Source of the DNA: Mobula birostris
Lineage: Eukaryota
Reading direction: 5' to 3'
NCBI RefSeq assembly: GCF_030028105.1
Contig: NC_092377.1
Location: 49,602,952 to 49,666,951, forward strand
Length of the DNA: 64,000 nucleotides
Shown here: positions 36,231-49,436 of the stretch, piece by piece
How the letters are laid out: every line of letters begins with the position of its first letter
Position numbering within the stretch: the first letter of the stretch is position 1
Notes under the pieces: generated by a model
What the model was told of the DNA's origin: nothing
What the model saw: only the letters and a program-made list of their open reading frames with translations
Database searches by the model: none
Made by a program: the position numbers and the translations under genes

Positions 36231-39200
36231 TTTTAAAAGGCATGCAGTAGTTATAGGGGATTCCATAGTGAGGGGAACAGACAAGAGATTCTGCGAGCCG
36301 GACAAGGATACCTGGATGGTGTGTTGCCCCCCTGGTGCCAGGGTACAGGATATCTCAGATTGGGTCCAGAGTATTCTGAGGAGAGAGGGCGAGCAGCCAG
36401 AAGTCTTGGTACATGTTGGTACCAATGACATAGACAGAAAAAGAGAGGAGGTCCTGAAGGAAGATTACTGGGAGCTAGGAGGAAAATTGAAAAGCCGGAC
36501 CTCCAGAGTAATAATCTCAGGGTTACTGCCTGAGCCACGCACTAATGATGGTAAGAATAGCAGAATTAAGCAGATGAATGTGTGGCTAAGTAACTGGTGC
36601 AGGGGGCAGGGCTTCAAATTCTTGGATCATTAGGATCTATTTTGGGGAAGGTATGACTTATACAAAAACGATGGGTTACACCTGAACTCAAAGGGTACTA
36701 ATATCCTGGTGGGATTGTTTAATATAGCTGTTAAGAAGGGTTTAAACTAATTTGGTAGGGGGAAGGAAACCAGGGTGTTAGGGTCAAGGAAGAGGAAAAT
36801 AGAAATAAGTCAAAGATACTGTGCAGCAAAGATGGCAAGAAGGACAGGCAGGTGAATAGACAAGATAATTTGCTGTGCGATAGAAATATAGCAAAATCAG
36901 TAACAGATACCGATCTAAATGTACTGTACTTAAATACACTCAGCATTAGAAATAAAGTGGATGACCTTGTTGTACAGCTACAGGTTAAAAGATATGACAT
37001 TGTGGCCATCACCGAGTCATAGCTAAATGATGGATGTGATTGGGAGCTGAATGTCCAAGGATACACAGTGTATAGGAAAGATGGGAAGGTAGGTAAAGGG
37101 GGTGGCGTGGCCCTGATGGTAAGTAACGATATCAAATCAATAGAAAGAAGGGACATAGGATCAGAAGAGATAGAATCCTTATGGGTCGAGTTAAGAAATG
37201 GCAAGGGTAAAAAGACACTAATAGCAGTTATATACAGGCCTCCAAACAGCAGCTGGGATGTGGACTACAAGTTACAGCTGGAAATAGAAAAAGCGTGTCA
37301 GAAGGAAAATATCAAGATAATTATGGGGGATTTTAATACGAAAGTGGATTGGGAAAGTCAGGAAGGTACTGGATCTCAGGAGAGGGAGTTTGTAGAATGC
37401 CTACAGGATGGCTTTTTGGAGCAGCTTGTCCATAAGCCCACCAGGGGATCAGCTGTTTTGGATTGGGTGCTGTGTAACGGTCCTGAGGCGATTAGGGAGC
37501 TGGAGGTAATGGAACCCCTTGGAAGTAGTGATCATAATATGATTGAGTTCAGTTTCAAATTTGAAAAGGAGAAGCTGGTATCAGGTGTATCGATATTTCA
37601 GTGGAACAAAGGAAACTACAGTGGTATGAGAGAGGAACTGGCCCAAGTAGATTGGAAAAGTAAGCTAGGTGGAGGGACGGTAGAGCAGAATTGGATGAAA
37701 TTCCTACAAGAAATGAGGAAAGTGCAGGAAAAGTATATTCCAAGAAAAAAGAAAATCATGAATGAAAAAATGGCACAAATGTGGCAATGAGAGAGGTTAA
37801 GGCTTAAATAAAAGCAAAAGAGACGGTGCACAAGGAAGCAAAGATTAGTGGGAGAACTGAGGACTGGACAACTTTTTAAAACTTACAGAAGGAAACTAAG
37901 AAAGTCATCAAGAAAGAAAAGATGAATTATGAAAGGAAGTTGGCAATTAACATAAAAAAGGATACTAAGAGTTTTTTTAATATATGAAGAGTAAAGGAGT
38001 TACACAGGTAGATATAGGACCGATTGAAAATGATGCTGGAGAAATTATAATGGGTAACAAAGAGATGGCAGAGGAACTAAATGAGTATTTTGCATCAGTC
38101 TTCACAGTGGAAGACATTAGCAACATACCTGATAGCCAGAGGTCTCAGGGAATAGAATTAGGTACAGTCAAGATTACTAGAGAGAAAGTGCTTGGGAAAC
38201 TGAATGGACTAAGAATAGATAAGTCTCCCGGACCGGATGAGGTGCACCCATGGGTTCTGAAGGAGGTGGCTTTAGAGATTGTGGAGGCATTGGAAATGAT
38301 CTTCCAGGAATTAATAGACTCTGGCATGGTTCCGGAGGACTGGAAGGTCGCAAATGTAGTTCTACTATTTAAGAAAGGAGGGAGGCAGCAAAAAGAAAAT
38401 TACAGACCTATTAGTCTGACATCGGTAGTTGGAAAAGTTATTGGAGTCGATCCTCAAGGACGAGGTTATGAAATACCTCGAGGTGCATGACAAGATAGGC
38501 CCAAGCCAGCATGGTTTCATGAAGGGAAGATCCTGCCTCACCAACCTATTGGAATTTTTTGAGGTAATCTCAAATAAGATTGACAAGAGAGAGGCTGTGG
38601 ATGTTATATATTTAGATTTTCAAAAGGCCTTTGATAAGGTGCCACCTAAGAGGCTGCTTAATAAGATGAGAGCCCATGGAAACACAGGAAAGATATTGGT
38701 ATGAGTGGAGCATTGGCTGATAGGCAGAAAGTAAAGGGTGGGAATAAAGGGATCCTCCTCTGATTGGTTGCCAGTTACTAGTGGTGTTCCACAGGGGTCG
38801 GTGTTGGGGCCACTTCTTTTTACAATGTATATTGATGATCGATGATTTAGATTATGGATTAAATGGCTTTGTGGCTAAGTTTACGGATGACACCAAGATA
38901 GGTGGAGGAGCAGGAAGTGTTAAAGAAACGGAAAGGTTGCAGAGAGACTTGGTCAGTTTAGGAGAGTGGGCAAAGAAATGGCAAATGAGATACAATGTTG
39001 AGAAATGTACGGTTGTACATTTTGGTAGAAGAAATAATCGGGCAGATTATTATTTAGATGGGGAGAAAATTAAAAAATCAGAAGTGCAAAGGGACTTGGG
39101 GGTCCTCGTGCAGGATACCCTAAAGGTTAACCACCAAGTTGGATCGGCGGTAAGGAAAGCGAATGCTATGTTGGCATTCATTTCAAGAGGAATGGTGTAT

Positions 39201-39808
39201 AAGAGTAAGGAGGTGTTGGTGAGGCTCTGTGGGGCACTGGTGAGACTGCATTTGGAATACTGTGCAGATTTGGGTCCCGTATCTTAGAAGGGATGTACTG
39301 ATGTTGGAGAGAGTTCAAAGAAGATTTACGAGGATGATTCCTGGAACGCAGGGGCTAACATATGAGGAGCATTTGTCGGCTCTTGGACTGTATTCATTAG
39401 GGTATAGAAGAATGAGAGGGGATCTCATAGAAACATTTTGAATGTTGAAAGGGTTGGACAGAGTAGATGTGGAAAGGCTGTTTCCCTTGGTGGGTGAATC
39501 CAGGACAAGAGGCCACAGTCTTAGAATTAGAGGGTACCCATTTAAAACAGAGATGAGGAAAAAATTTTTTAGCCAGAGGGTCGTGGATCTATGGAATTTG
39601 TTGCCACATACAGCTGTGGAGGCTCAATCATTGAGGATGTATAAGGAGGAGATTGATATGTATCTAATTAGTCAGGGTATCAAGGGATATGGGGAAAAAG
39701 CCAGAAATTGGAACTAGATGGGAGAATAGTTTAGCTCATGTTGAAGTGGTGGAGCAGACTTGATGGGCCGAATGGCCTACTTCTACTCCTTTGTCTTGTG
39801 ATCTTGTG
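36231..39808 (+). mobile_element. Near-full-length CR1 LINE (ORF1 SGNH esterase part; ORF2 APE endonuclease and RT), disabled
   Basis: VVIGDSIVRG...VHVGTNDI (ORF1). GGGVAL, YRPP, MGDFN and SDHNMI (APE). NYRPISLT, YLDFQKAFD and KFTDDTK (RT), with stops and frameshifts. CR1 3' end; GTCAT on both flanks. Confidence 0.95.
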
Positions 39809-40917
39809 GTCATAAAAGAGATAAACTACCTTTTAACTGAGTAATGAAATAGGTATTTAAATGAAATACAGAAAAGAAATTGACTAGCTATAACACTAGC
39901 AATACCACTGTACTGACAAATTGTGTATTAGTTCCTGAAATTGATCGATGGAAGAGTTCATCCAGTGTACACTGCTGTGTTCCTTTGATTGACTGTAAAT
40001 GAACAAAATCAGCACAGACGCCAAGTGCAAAAATCAATCTATTATGCTATTCATTGCTTTCTTTGAACCTAATTGTGTTGCATTTTTGTAGCCAAGGGAA
40101 CAGTTCAGCATGGTATGATGAAAAAAGACCTGTTTCATCAGCATTGAAGATATCATCTGCACAAAATTTTTGAAGCAAGTAGGGGAGTTTTGTAGATTTC
40201 CACATTTCTGCAATTACAACTTTAGCACCATCTTTCCCACTGTTTGCTTTCTTGAATTTAATGTGGTGCCAACATTTCCATCTTCTTAGCTAGCTCCTCT
40301 GACTTATTTTTCAAATATTAGTCTACTGACATGCATACCTCATCCAGTTACAATGGAAAATCATTGATTGAGATCCTCCTAAACAACTGGATACCTACCT
40401 TCTTGCTTTTCCTTCTCAGATGTTCCCCGTTGTCCCTTGAATAATGCATATTCTTCTTGCAGTTTATCTCGCAGATTTTTTAAAATTTCAAAATATACTG
40501 TATTCAAAATTAAATATATACAATAAACCATTCAATAACTTTTCATTCTTTACATACGTTTCCATTATAGTCAGTACATATCCGTATTTATAGCCACCCA
40601 TGTGCAACTCCAGCAGTCCAGCTTACCATATCATTGTTGAGGGGTATACTCCCCGCCCCCGACCCCTCCCACTCCCACGGGTGGAGAAACCTATACTGTG
40701 GTCCTTCCCCACTGGGCCCTTGCGGTGTATCAAGCATGTAATTGTAGATTTCGGCACTGCAGTTATCTCTGTTAGCTGACGATGAGTGGTGTTTGGAGGA
40801 TAGCTTTTAATTTAGTAGAGGAGGGTAATTTTTTCAGCTGATGTCATTTTCTTGTGCCATCTTGGCAAGGATCTGAATTATTAAAAAAATTAATAAAACA
40901 AAGCTATCAGAAATCAA

Positions 40918-41198
40918 GCAACACACATCAAAGTTGCTGGTGAACGCAGCAGGCCAGGCAGCATCTCTAGGAAGAGGTACAGTCAACGTTTCGGGCCGAG
41001 ACCCTTCGTCAGGACTAACTGAAGGAAGAGCTAGTAAGAGATTTGTCTTGACAAACCTTCGTTAGTCCTGACGAAGGGTCTCGGCCCAAAACGTCGACTG
41101 TACCTCTTCCTAGAGATACTGCCTGGCCTGCTGCGTTCACCAGCAACTTTGATGTGTGTTGCTTGAATTTCCAGCATCTGCAGAATTCCTCGTGTTTA
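40918..41198. mobile_element. Fold-back (inverted) Penelope pLTR insertion
   Basis: Two inverted arms of about 100 bp. 14-bp TSD CTATCAGAAATCAA (40904-40917 / 41199-41212). Confidence 0.9.
40981..41016 (-). ncRNA. Minimal type I hammerhead ribozyme motif, intact core (GUU site)
   Basis: Reverse complement AGTC-CTGACGA-AGGGTCTCGGCCC-GAAA-C-GTT-GACT. Confidence 0.65.
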
Positions 41199-42324
41199 CT
41201 ATCAGAAATCAATGCTCTTTGAATTTGCGTCCATCGGCCCAAATGGATAACATAACACAAGCACACACAACTGGTGTTATTTAAAAACTATTCACTCTAA
41301 GGACAATGTAGTGTCTAATGGCCACACAAATGCACGTGACTGACACTAGTTAGAAACTGATTGGCAAGTTTCCTGTCCCAGTTCAGCGGCGTGGTGTCCC
41401 AAATAAACAAAGGGAATACCAGCTATCTTATTGATTAGTTTTTATTCTTTAAGAGTTGTCCCAAATAAGCGGCTGCCCTGATTAACTGATGGCCCAATTA
41501 ACCGGAATCCATTGTATATTAAGAAAGCAGACAACCCAATAGTATTGTCTGGATTAGAAGCTGACGCCGACTAAATGCCCACTGTAATGGTGAGCTTCAT
41601 GAAAATATCAATTGCAAGATGTCTGATCTTGCTTCATCTGAAATGATTACACGTTGTCCACTGTTAGCTTGTTGGGTGCTCCGGTTAAACCAGCTGATGG
41701 ATTTCTTTCATGGGTTTATTGTTTCCTTCTCAGTTGTTCATAAAGTATGGTGAAAAGTGTTAGTTCACTCGACCACAGTCTTCTGGTTTTTGTCCCTAGT
41801 TTCCACTGACTGAAGTGATTGGGAATGAGCCATACATTTGGCCTCAGAAGCCAACACTTACCCTTTCCCTCACTGTAAAACTTTATTTTTATCTTTTATA
41901 ATTTGATAATTAAAGATGCTTAACCAGACTGTGGGTTCCTTTTGGTATTCCACAAAATATGTAACATGGGTTAAAACACAGGTGCATGAAGTGTGAATTA
42001 AGTATTAAAAAGCCTGGCACTCACAGGTGGGTATTTTTCAGTAAAACATTGCTCTATTGCGTATTTTACAGATACCAAAGAGTTTTACAATTTTGATTAG
42101 TTTTAGCAGTTGGTTCACTTTGTAAGAGCATGATACTGTGAAAAATTACTGCCTGCTTATTTTTTAGAGCAGTGCACTGTGATTTTGAAAAAGATTGAGC
42201 TGGCTACTTGAAAGTATATAATTGGCCTTGCTGTCTGAGAGTTTATAGGACAGGGAGGGCAGAGGGGCTGACATCATTGCTTGATGATCAGTGCTCCGTT
42301 TTGTATCTGGGACAGGCTGTCATT

Positions 42325-42810
42325 CAAAGTGCTGGAAGAACTCAGCAGTTCAGGCAGCATTTATGAAGGGGAATAACAGTCAAAGTTTTGGGTGAAAACC
42401 CTTCATCAGGACTGGAAAGGAAGGGGGCAGAAGCCAGAATAAGAAGGTGGAGGAGTCCAAGCTGGCAGGTGACAGGTGAGGGTGAAGGTTTGTGGGTAAG
42501 AGAAGGGGGAGGTTGTGAGCAGCTGAGAAGTGATAGATGGAAGAGGTAAAGGAGTGAAGAAGAAAGAATCTGACAGGAAAGAATAGCGGACTGTGGAATA
42601 AAGGGGGTGGAGTTGGGGAACCAGAGGGAGGTGAAGAGGGGTGAGTGGCCCACCAGAAGGAAGGAAAACCAAAAAAGGAGTGGGGGAGAGAAGCAGAAGG
42701 GTCTCGGCTTGAAACGTCAACTGTTTATTTACCTCCAAAGATGCTGCCTGAACTGCTGAGTTCCTCCAGCATTTCCTGTGCGCTGCTTAAGATTTCCAGC
42801 ATCTGCAGAA
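42325..42810. mobile_element. Older Penelope pLTR remnant with inverted ends
   Basis: gctggaagaactcagcagttcaggcagcat ... atgctgcctgaactgctgagttcctccagc, with decayed hammerhead motifs. Confidence 0.7.
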
Positions 42811-44111
42811 TACTGTAATATCCCTACAAGAATCTGAGGGTAAAATCCTAGAGTAATTAACAATCTATATTTTCTCAGCTCCTGAATTCATATTCTTTCA
42901 AGTGATAGGAGCTAAGCAAATTGTATATTTTTATTATATTAATAGAGGCATGTTGAGTTTGAATTTAGGCTAAAATATGACACAGACAGAAGGAGAAACC
43001 TTTTAGGCCATTAACATAGCTCTACAAGAAATAGGTGAATAGATTTTTACCAATGTTTTTACCAAATGCAAAGCATCACCACATGATTTTGTTATTAAAA
43101 TAGAAAATTATGACAATTTAGATCACAGGTTAGGTGATGAAGATGATGATTCAAAATGCTCCTCCCTGCTAGGATTTAGGGCTTTTGTTGGTTTGGTACT
43201 CATAAGCTTTGACACATTAGGGAAATTTTGAGAATACTGTTAATTACACCCATGCAATTACATGGACTTAAGATTGCTCATAGACAGGGGAAGTGAGCTG
43301 AAGCGTGAATTCACTTTTACTGACATTGTTGTCCTTCTATTGGAAAACGAGCCTTTCAGAGAAATTATGCAAATAATGAAGATCTCAAAAAAGAAACACA
43401 AACTGTAAGTTACAGTGCTGGTTACTTAACTAGTATTCCCCATTAGACTGTGAGATAAGGGTGCTGTATAGATTCACACAGAGACCAGGAGCTGCAAAAA
43501 GGCACAACAATTTATGACAGTTGCTTCTCAAGCTGTGTCAGTCTTGCAACGTATACAACAAATTAATCTCATGATGCAGCACTTAAAGGAACACTTTACT
43601 GAAAGGAAAGCAGAATGTTATCTATATTTACAAATACTTATCTAACCAGGCACATGTCTTTTCATTATATCAGACCTCCATAATGATGTATAAGTGCACC
43701 TAAGCCTCACTTCTGTACCCCTTGGTTATCTCCAAAAATGAGACCTTGCACGTGGATTCTGACCCTTTGTATCTGTATGCAACAGGAATGAAGGTGATTC
43801 CAAAGTAATAGTAGAAGAGATAGTTGAGACATTTAAGTTAAACATTCACAAGACAGAGCTATAATAAATGTTGGCTGAACTTGAGGTGGGTAAGTCTCCA
43901 GGACTGGATGGGATTTTTCCTTGGATCCTCAAGGGTTCTTTGGATATGGAGCGGTGTCAATATATGGAGATTATTGCTTCCTGGTTCAAAACGCTGAGTA
44001 TCGATAGGCCCAGTCTAGAAGTCAAACAGTATAGTCTTGCGGCAGGGAAAACCTTTAGAAATAATGACCCAGGAGATAATTAATAGTCAAGAAGAGGAAA
44101 ATGGATTAATT

Positions 44112-45752
44112 AAGACCATAAGATATAGGAGCAGAATTGGGCTATTTGGCACATCAAACCTGCTCGGCCATTTCATCAAGGCAGATCCAATTTTCCTCTC
44201 AGCCCCAATCTCCTGCCTTCTCCCCATATCCCTTCATGCCCTGGCCAACCAAGAACCTATCAAACTCTACGATAAGTATATATAAAGATTTGGCCTCAAC
44301 AGCTGTCTGTGGCATAGAATTCCACAGATTCACTAATCTCTGGCTAAAGAAATTCCACGTCATCTCAGTTCTAAAAGGACACCCCTCTATTCTGAGATTG
44401 TGTCTTCTGGTCTTAGACTCTCCCACCATAGGAAATATCCTCTCCACATCCACTCTTTCAAGGCCTTTCACCATTTAATTGATTTCAATGAGGTTACCCC
44501 TCATTCTTCTGAATTCTAGTGAATACAGGTCCAGAGTCATCAAACACTCTTCATATGACAAGCCATTCAATCCTGGAATCATTTTCATGAACCTGCTTTG
44601 AACCGTCTCCAGCTTCAGCACATCCCTTCTAAGATAGGGGTCCAAAACTGCTCACAGTACTGCAAGTGAGGCCTCACCAGTGCTTTATAAAGTCTCAACA
44701 TTACATCCTTGATTTTATATTCTAATCCTTTTGAAATGAATATTAACATTACATTTGCCTTTCTTACCACAGACTCAACCTGCAAATTAGCCTTTAGGGA
44801 ATCCTGCAGAAGGACTCCCTATTTTCTCTACACTTAGAAAATAGTCAACCCTTTCATTTCTTCTGCTGCGGTGCATGACCATATACTTCCCAGCACTTCA
44901 ATCCATCGCTATTTCTTTGCTCATTCTCCTAAACTGTCTAAGTCCTTCTGTAGCCTCCCTACTTCCTCAAAACTACCTGCTCCTCCACCGATCTGCATAT
45001 TGTCTGCAAATATTGCAACAAAGCCATCAATTCCATTGACATATAACATAAATCATAAAACATAAATAAATCATTGACATATAACATAAAAAGAATCGGT
45101 CCCAAAACAGACCCCTGTGGAACACCACTAGTCACAGGCAGCCAACCAGAAAAGGCTCCCTTTATTCCCTTTCTTTGCCTCCTGCCAAACCAGCACTGCT
45201 TTATCCTTACTAGTATCTTTTCTGCTATACTATGGGCTCGCAGCTTGTTAAGCAGCTTCATGTCTGGCACCTTATCAAAGCTTTCTGAAAATTCAAGTAC
45301 ACAGCATCCACCGATTCTCCTTTGCCTATCCTGCTTGTTATTTCTTCAAAGAATTTCAACAGATTTGTTGGGCAAGATTTTCCCTTGAGGAATCCATGCT
45401 GACTATAGCCTATTTTCTCACGTGCCCTGACCCCGCATCCTTAATAATCGACTCCAACATCTCCCCAACCACTGAGGTCAGACTAACTGGCCTATAGTTT
45501 TGTTTCTTCTGCCTCTGTCCCTTCTTGAAGAATGGAGTGTCATTTGCAAGTTTCAAGAATCTAGTGATTCTTGAAAGATCATTATTAATACCTCCACAAT
45601 GTTTTCAGCCACCTCTTTCAGAATGCTAGGATGTACACCATCTGCTCCAGGTGACTTATCAACCTTCAGACCTTTCAGTTTCCCAAGAACCTTCTCTCTA
45701 GTTATGGTAACTTCACACACTTCATGGCCCTTGACACCTGGAACTTCCACCA
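44112..45752 (-). mobile_element. CR1 ORF2 fragment with 3' end
   Basis: Minus ORFs: [42 protein letters not shown]. Confidence 0.9.
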
Positions 45753-45988
45753 TACTGCTGCAAGACAAGGCAACACTGACTTGTTATGGGCAAATGTGTA
45801 CTTGATGCCCAGTGCATATTTGGTGAGCCAAAGGCCTGTTTTAGTGCCACATCTCTCCAGGACTCTAATCATATTTAACCAGATTGATAAAATAACAGGT
45901 AGACTTCCAGAAAGCTTTTAACAACTATAACTTAGCAGTCATATCATCAAAGTTGAAGTACTTGGCAGAAAGGAGGTATTGAGTGTTT

Positions 45989-47130
45989 AACATAGAAACA
46001 CAGAAAACCTACAGCACAATACAGGCCCTTCGGCCCACAAAGCTGTGCCGAACATGTCCCTACTTTAGAACTACCTAGGCTTTACCCATAGCCCTCTATT
46101 TTTCTGAGCTCCATGTAGCCATCCAGGAGTCTCTTAAAAGTCCCTATTGTTTCCGCCTCCACCGCCGCTGCCGGCAGCCCGTTCCACTCACTCACCACTC
46201 TCTGCGTAAAAAAACTTACCCCTGACATCTCCTCTGTACCTACTTCCAAGCACCTTAAAACCATGCCCTCTCGTGCTAGCCATTTCAGCCCTGGGGAAAA
46301 GCCTCTGACTATCCACGCAATCAATGCCTCTCATTATCTTGTACACCTCTATCAGGTCACCTCTCATCCTCCGTCGCTCCAAGGAAAAAAGGCCGAGTTC
46401 ACTCAACCTATTCTCATATGGCATGCTCCCTAATCCAGGCAACATCCTTGTAAATCTCCTCTGCACCCTTTCTATGGTTTCCATGTCCTTCCTGTAGTGA
46501 GGCGACCAGAACTGAGCACAGTACTCCAAGTGGGGTCTGACCAGGGTCCTATATAGCTGCAACATTACCTCTTGGCTCTTAAACTTAATCCCACAATTGA
46601 TGAAGGCCAATGCCTTCTTAACTATAGAGTCAACCTGCGTAGCAGCTTTGAGTGTCCTATGGACTCGGACCCCAAGATCCCTCTGATCCTCCACACTGCC
46701 AAGAGTCTTACCATTAATGCTATATTCTGCCATCATATTTGACCTGCCAAAATGAGCCACCTCACACTTATCTGGGTTGAATTCCATCTGCCGCTTCTCA
46801 GCCCAGTTTTGCATCCTATCAATGTCCCGCTGTAGCGTCTGACAGCCCGCCACACTATCCACAACACCCCCAACCTTTGTGTCATCGGCAAATTTACTAA
46901 CCCATCCCTCCACTTCCTCATCCAGGTCATTTATAAAAATCACAAAGAGAACAGATCCCTGAGGCACACCACTGGTCACCGGCCTCCATGCAGAATATGA
47001 CCCGTCCACAACCACTCTTTGCCTTCTGTGGGCAAGCCAGTTCTGGATCCACAAAGCAATGTCCCCTTGGATCTCCTTACTTTCTCCAATAAGCCTTGCA
47101 TGACATACCTTATCAAATGCCTTGCTAAAA
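45989..47130 (-). mobile_element. Young CR1 3' fragment with a long open RT frame
   Basis: 288-aa ORF 46188-47054 ([27 protein letters not shown]) and a (GTTTCTAT)-type tail. Confidence 0.92.
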
Positions 47131-47139
47131 ATTAAAAAT

Positions 47140-48240
47140 TAAGAATAAAGTCAGCCAAGTAATGAACAATGAAGTTTCATAATGAATAGAGATATTGAAC
47201 TCTGGTTAAGAAAAAGAAGGAGACAAACTTAATCAATTGGGAACTAGTGAATCTCTTGATGACTACAAGAAGAGTACAAGTGCACTTAAGAGAGAAGTAA
47301 AGACAGTAGAAAGAGGATATGAGAACGATCTGGCAGGCAAGGTGAGGAACCAGAGAAAATACATAAGATTTTTAATGAATATTTCTCTCCCTTTATAATG
47401 TGGAGAAAACAATGGAAGCTAAAGAAATAGAGAAAATGAGTGGTGTTGTCGTGGTCCACATACAATTTAGCAGGGAGGAGGTTTCAGAGGCCTTAGAGTG
47501 CATCTTCAGGGCCTGACCTAGTGCATTCTCAGACCTTTTGGGAAGTTAGAGGAAAAATGTTCCGGAGGCCCTTGCAGAGATCTTTACTGATCACGGTTGA
47601 GGTTCCAGAGGACAGGAGAGTGGCTAATGTGGCACCACTGTTTAAAAAGGATAGCAAAGAGAAGTCAGGAAACTGCAGGCCAGTGAGTCTGACATTAGTG
47701 GTGGGGATGTCAACGGACAGTATCTACCAATATTTGTAGAAAAAATGATGGTGGATTCTGGACAGTCAGCATGGTTTACTGCATGGGAAGTCATGTCTGA
47801 TAAATCTCTTGGAGTCCTTCGAGGAGGTAGTCAAGAAGGCAGATGGATGTGGTCTATGCAGACTTAGAAAGATCTTTGACAAGGCCCCTTCATGACAGCT
47901 AGTCTGGAAGGTTAGTTCACATGTGATCCAGAGATGGATAACGGATTGGCTTCATTATTGGTTCAGTGATAGGAAGCAGAGGGCAATGGTCGAAGGTATT
48001 CTTCACAGACTACTGGTGTCTAAAGGTGTGACACAGGGGTCAATGTTGGGACCCTTGTTTGTAATTTATATAAAGGATAGGATGTGAATATATAAGGCAC
48101 GGTTCGTAAGTTTGTGGATGCTAATAAAATAGGTGGTGTTCTAGGTAATGTGGAAGGTTATAAAAAATACAGGGGGATCTTGATCAACAAGTTATGTGGC
48201 TGAAAGTGGATAAATGTGAGGTATTACATTTTGGGAGATC
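47140..48240 (+). mobile_element. Old CR1 ORF2 fragment
   Basis: VANVAPLFKK, NCRPVSLT and QHG motifs with many lesions. Confidence 0.7.
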
Positions 48241-49436
48241 AGTGTGGCCCAGAAAACAACTCTCAGCAAAAGCTACAAAATTGCTACTAAATTAATTTCT
48301 TGAAGACACAGAGGATCCTATTTTAAGGGTTTACTTCCTGAAAGCACAGAATGTGCCCTCCTCCTTTCCCCTTTCCATACAGATGAACACAGCTCGTAGC
48401 TAGCAAACATCATCAGATGCTGTATATGTGTATACATGCTTTAGTTCAAAATGAGGCTTAGCATTAAAGCTAAACTCTTCCCTACCTGTGGTCTCCTGAA
48501 GAGAAGTTGACAAGACTGGTTTGTTTGAGCTTTTATTCTCCAAGGTCTTAAGCATGGCCGTGAAGAATCAGAGATGCATTGTAGTAAGAGGGGCGCAAAT
48601 CAAGGATCACTTCTCAGGTCACTGTCTGAAGTAGATCTGTGGAGTCATTTCAGCTGTTATTATCCCTAAAATAATATTCAATTAATAGATTGACAAAAAT
48701 TGCTTAAGTCGTAACCCTGAATGTAATTCATTGGATGTAAAATGCTTTGGGATTTCCTAAGATTGTGAACGGCGGTTTGAGAACACAAGTTCTTGTTTTT
48801 CACATTTTCTATTGAATAGTATTAGTGTTACTTCTTGGCCTGCCGTGTTGCATTTAAGTGTGTAATATTATATGAATTTTCTATGGAATATCTTAAATAG
48901 GATTCCTTTTTTTTGCACATCTTCCCAGCTGGTCAGAATAGCGGGGGCCAGAGAATGAGTTACTCTGTTGCCTGCAGGAAGAATGGAGGCCAAGAAAGTT
49001 TTGGAAGGAGACTAAATTGTAATGTTTTGTCATCAAATGAAACTTGAAGAGTAAAATAAAATCTGCTGATGCTGGTAATCTAAAAGAAAAAAACAGAGAA
49101 CATCCAAAGATACTTCCCTTCCTACTTTGATGCAATGCTTTTTCATTACCCGATCTACTGTAGATTAATAAAAAACATGAATGACTGAAAATCCATGGGG
49201 ACTGGCCCTTGCTTTTACAGTAAGGTAGTGGCCACTTATTATTTCCTGTGCTGATCTTGCTTGAATTTGGGAAGAGCCGAGAGACCACCTTATTAACATT
49301 GCACCACGTGGACTTGCCAACTCCCACCCACTAGAACCTGCTCCTTTATAAATGCTGTGAGCACACACCCTGATGTTCAGCCCCGACCTAGCGTCCCCAC
49401 TCCTCACCATGGAGGAGGAGCAGTACAACACTAAGC

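Larger units (their letters stand above)
36136..41514 (-). mobile_element. Old TcMar-Tigger/pogo element interrupted by CR1 and Penelope insertions
   Basis: TIRs CAGTGAATTCCGGCTAATTGGG ... CCCAATTAACCGGAATCCATTG(TA). Minus-strand remnants LLQKFCADDIFNADETGLFF (40118-40180) and KITLSTKLKAI (near 40800-40835). Confidence 0.75.

Noticed and set aside
36268-39717. Cluster of esterase, endonuclease and RT ORFs as a novel multi-gene system
   Set aside because: These are frameshifted pieces of one ordinary CR1 LINE.
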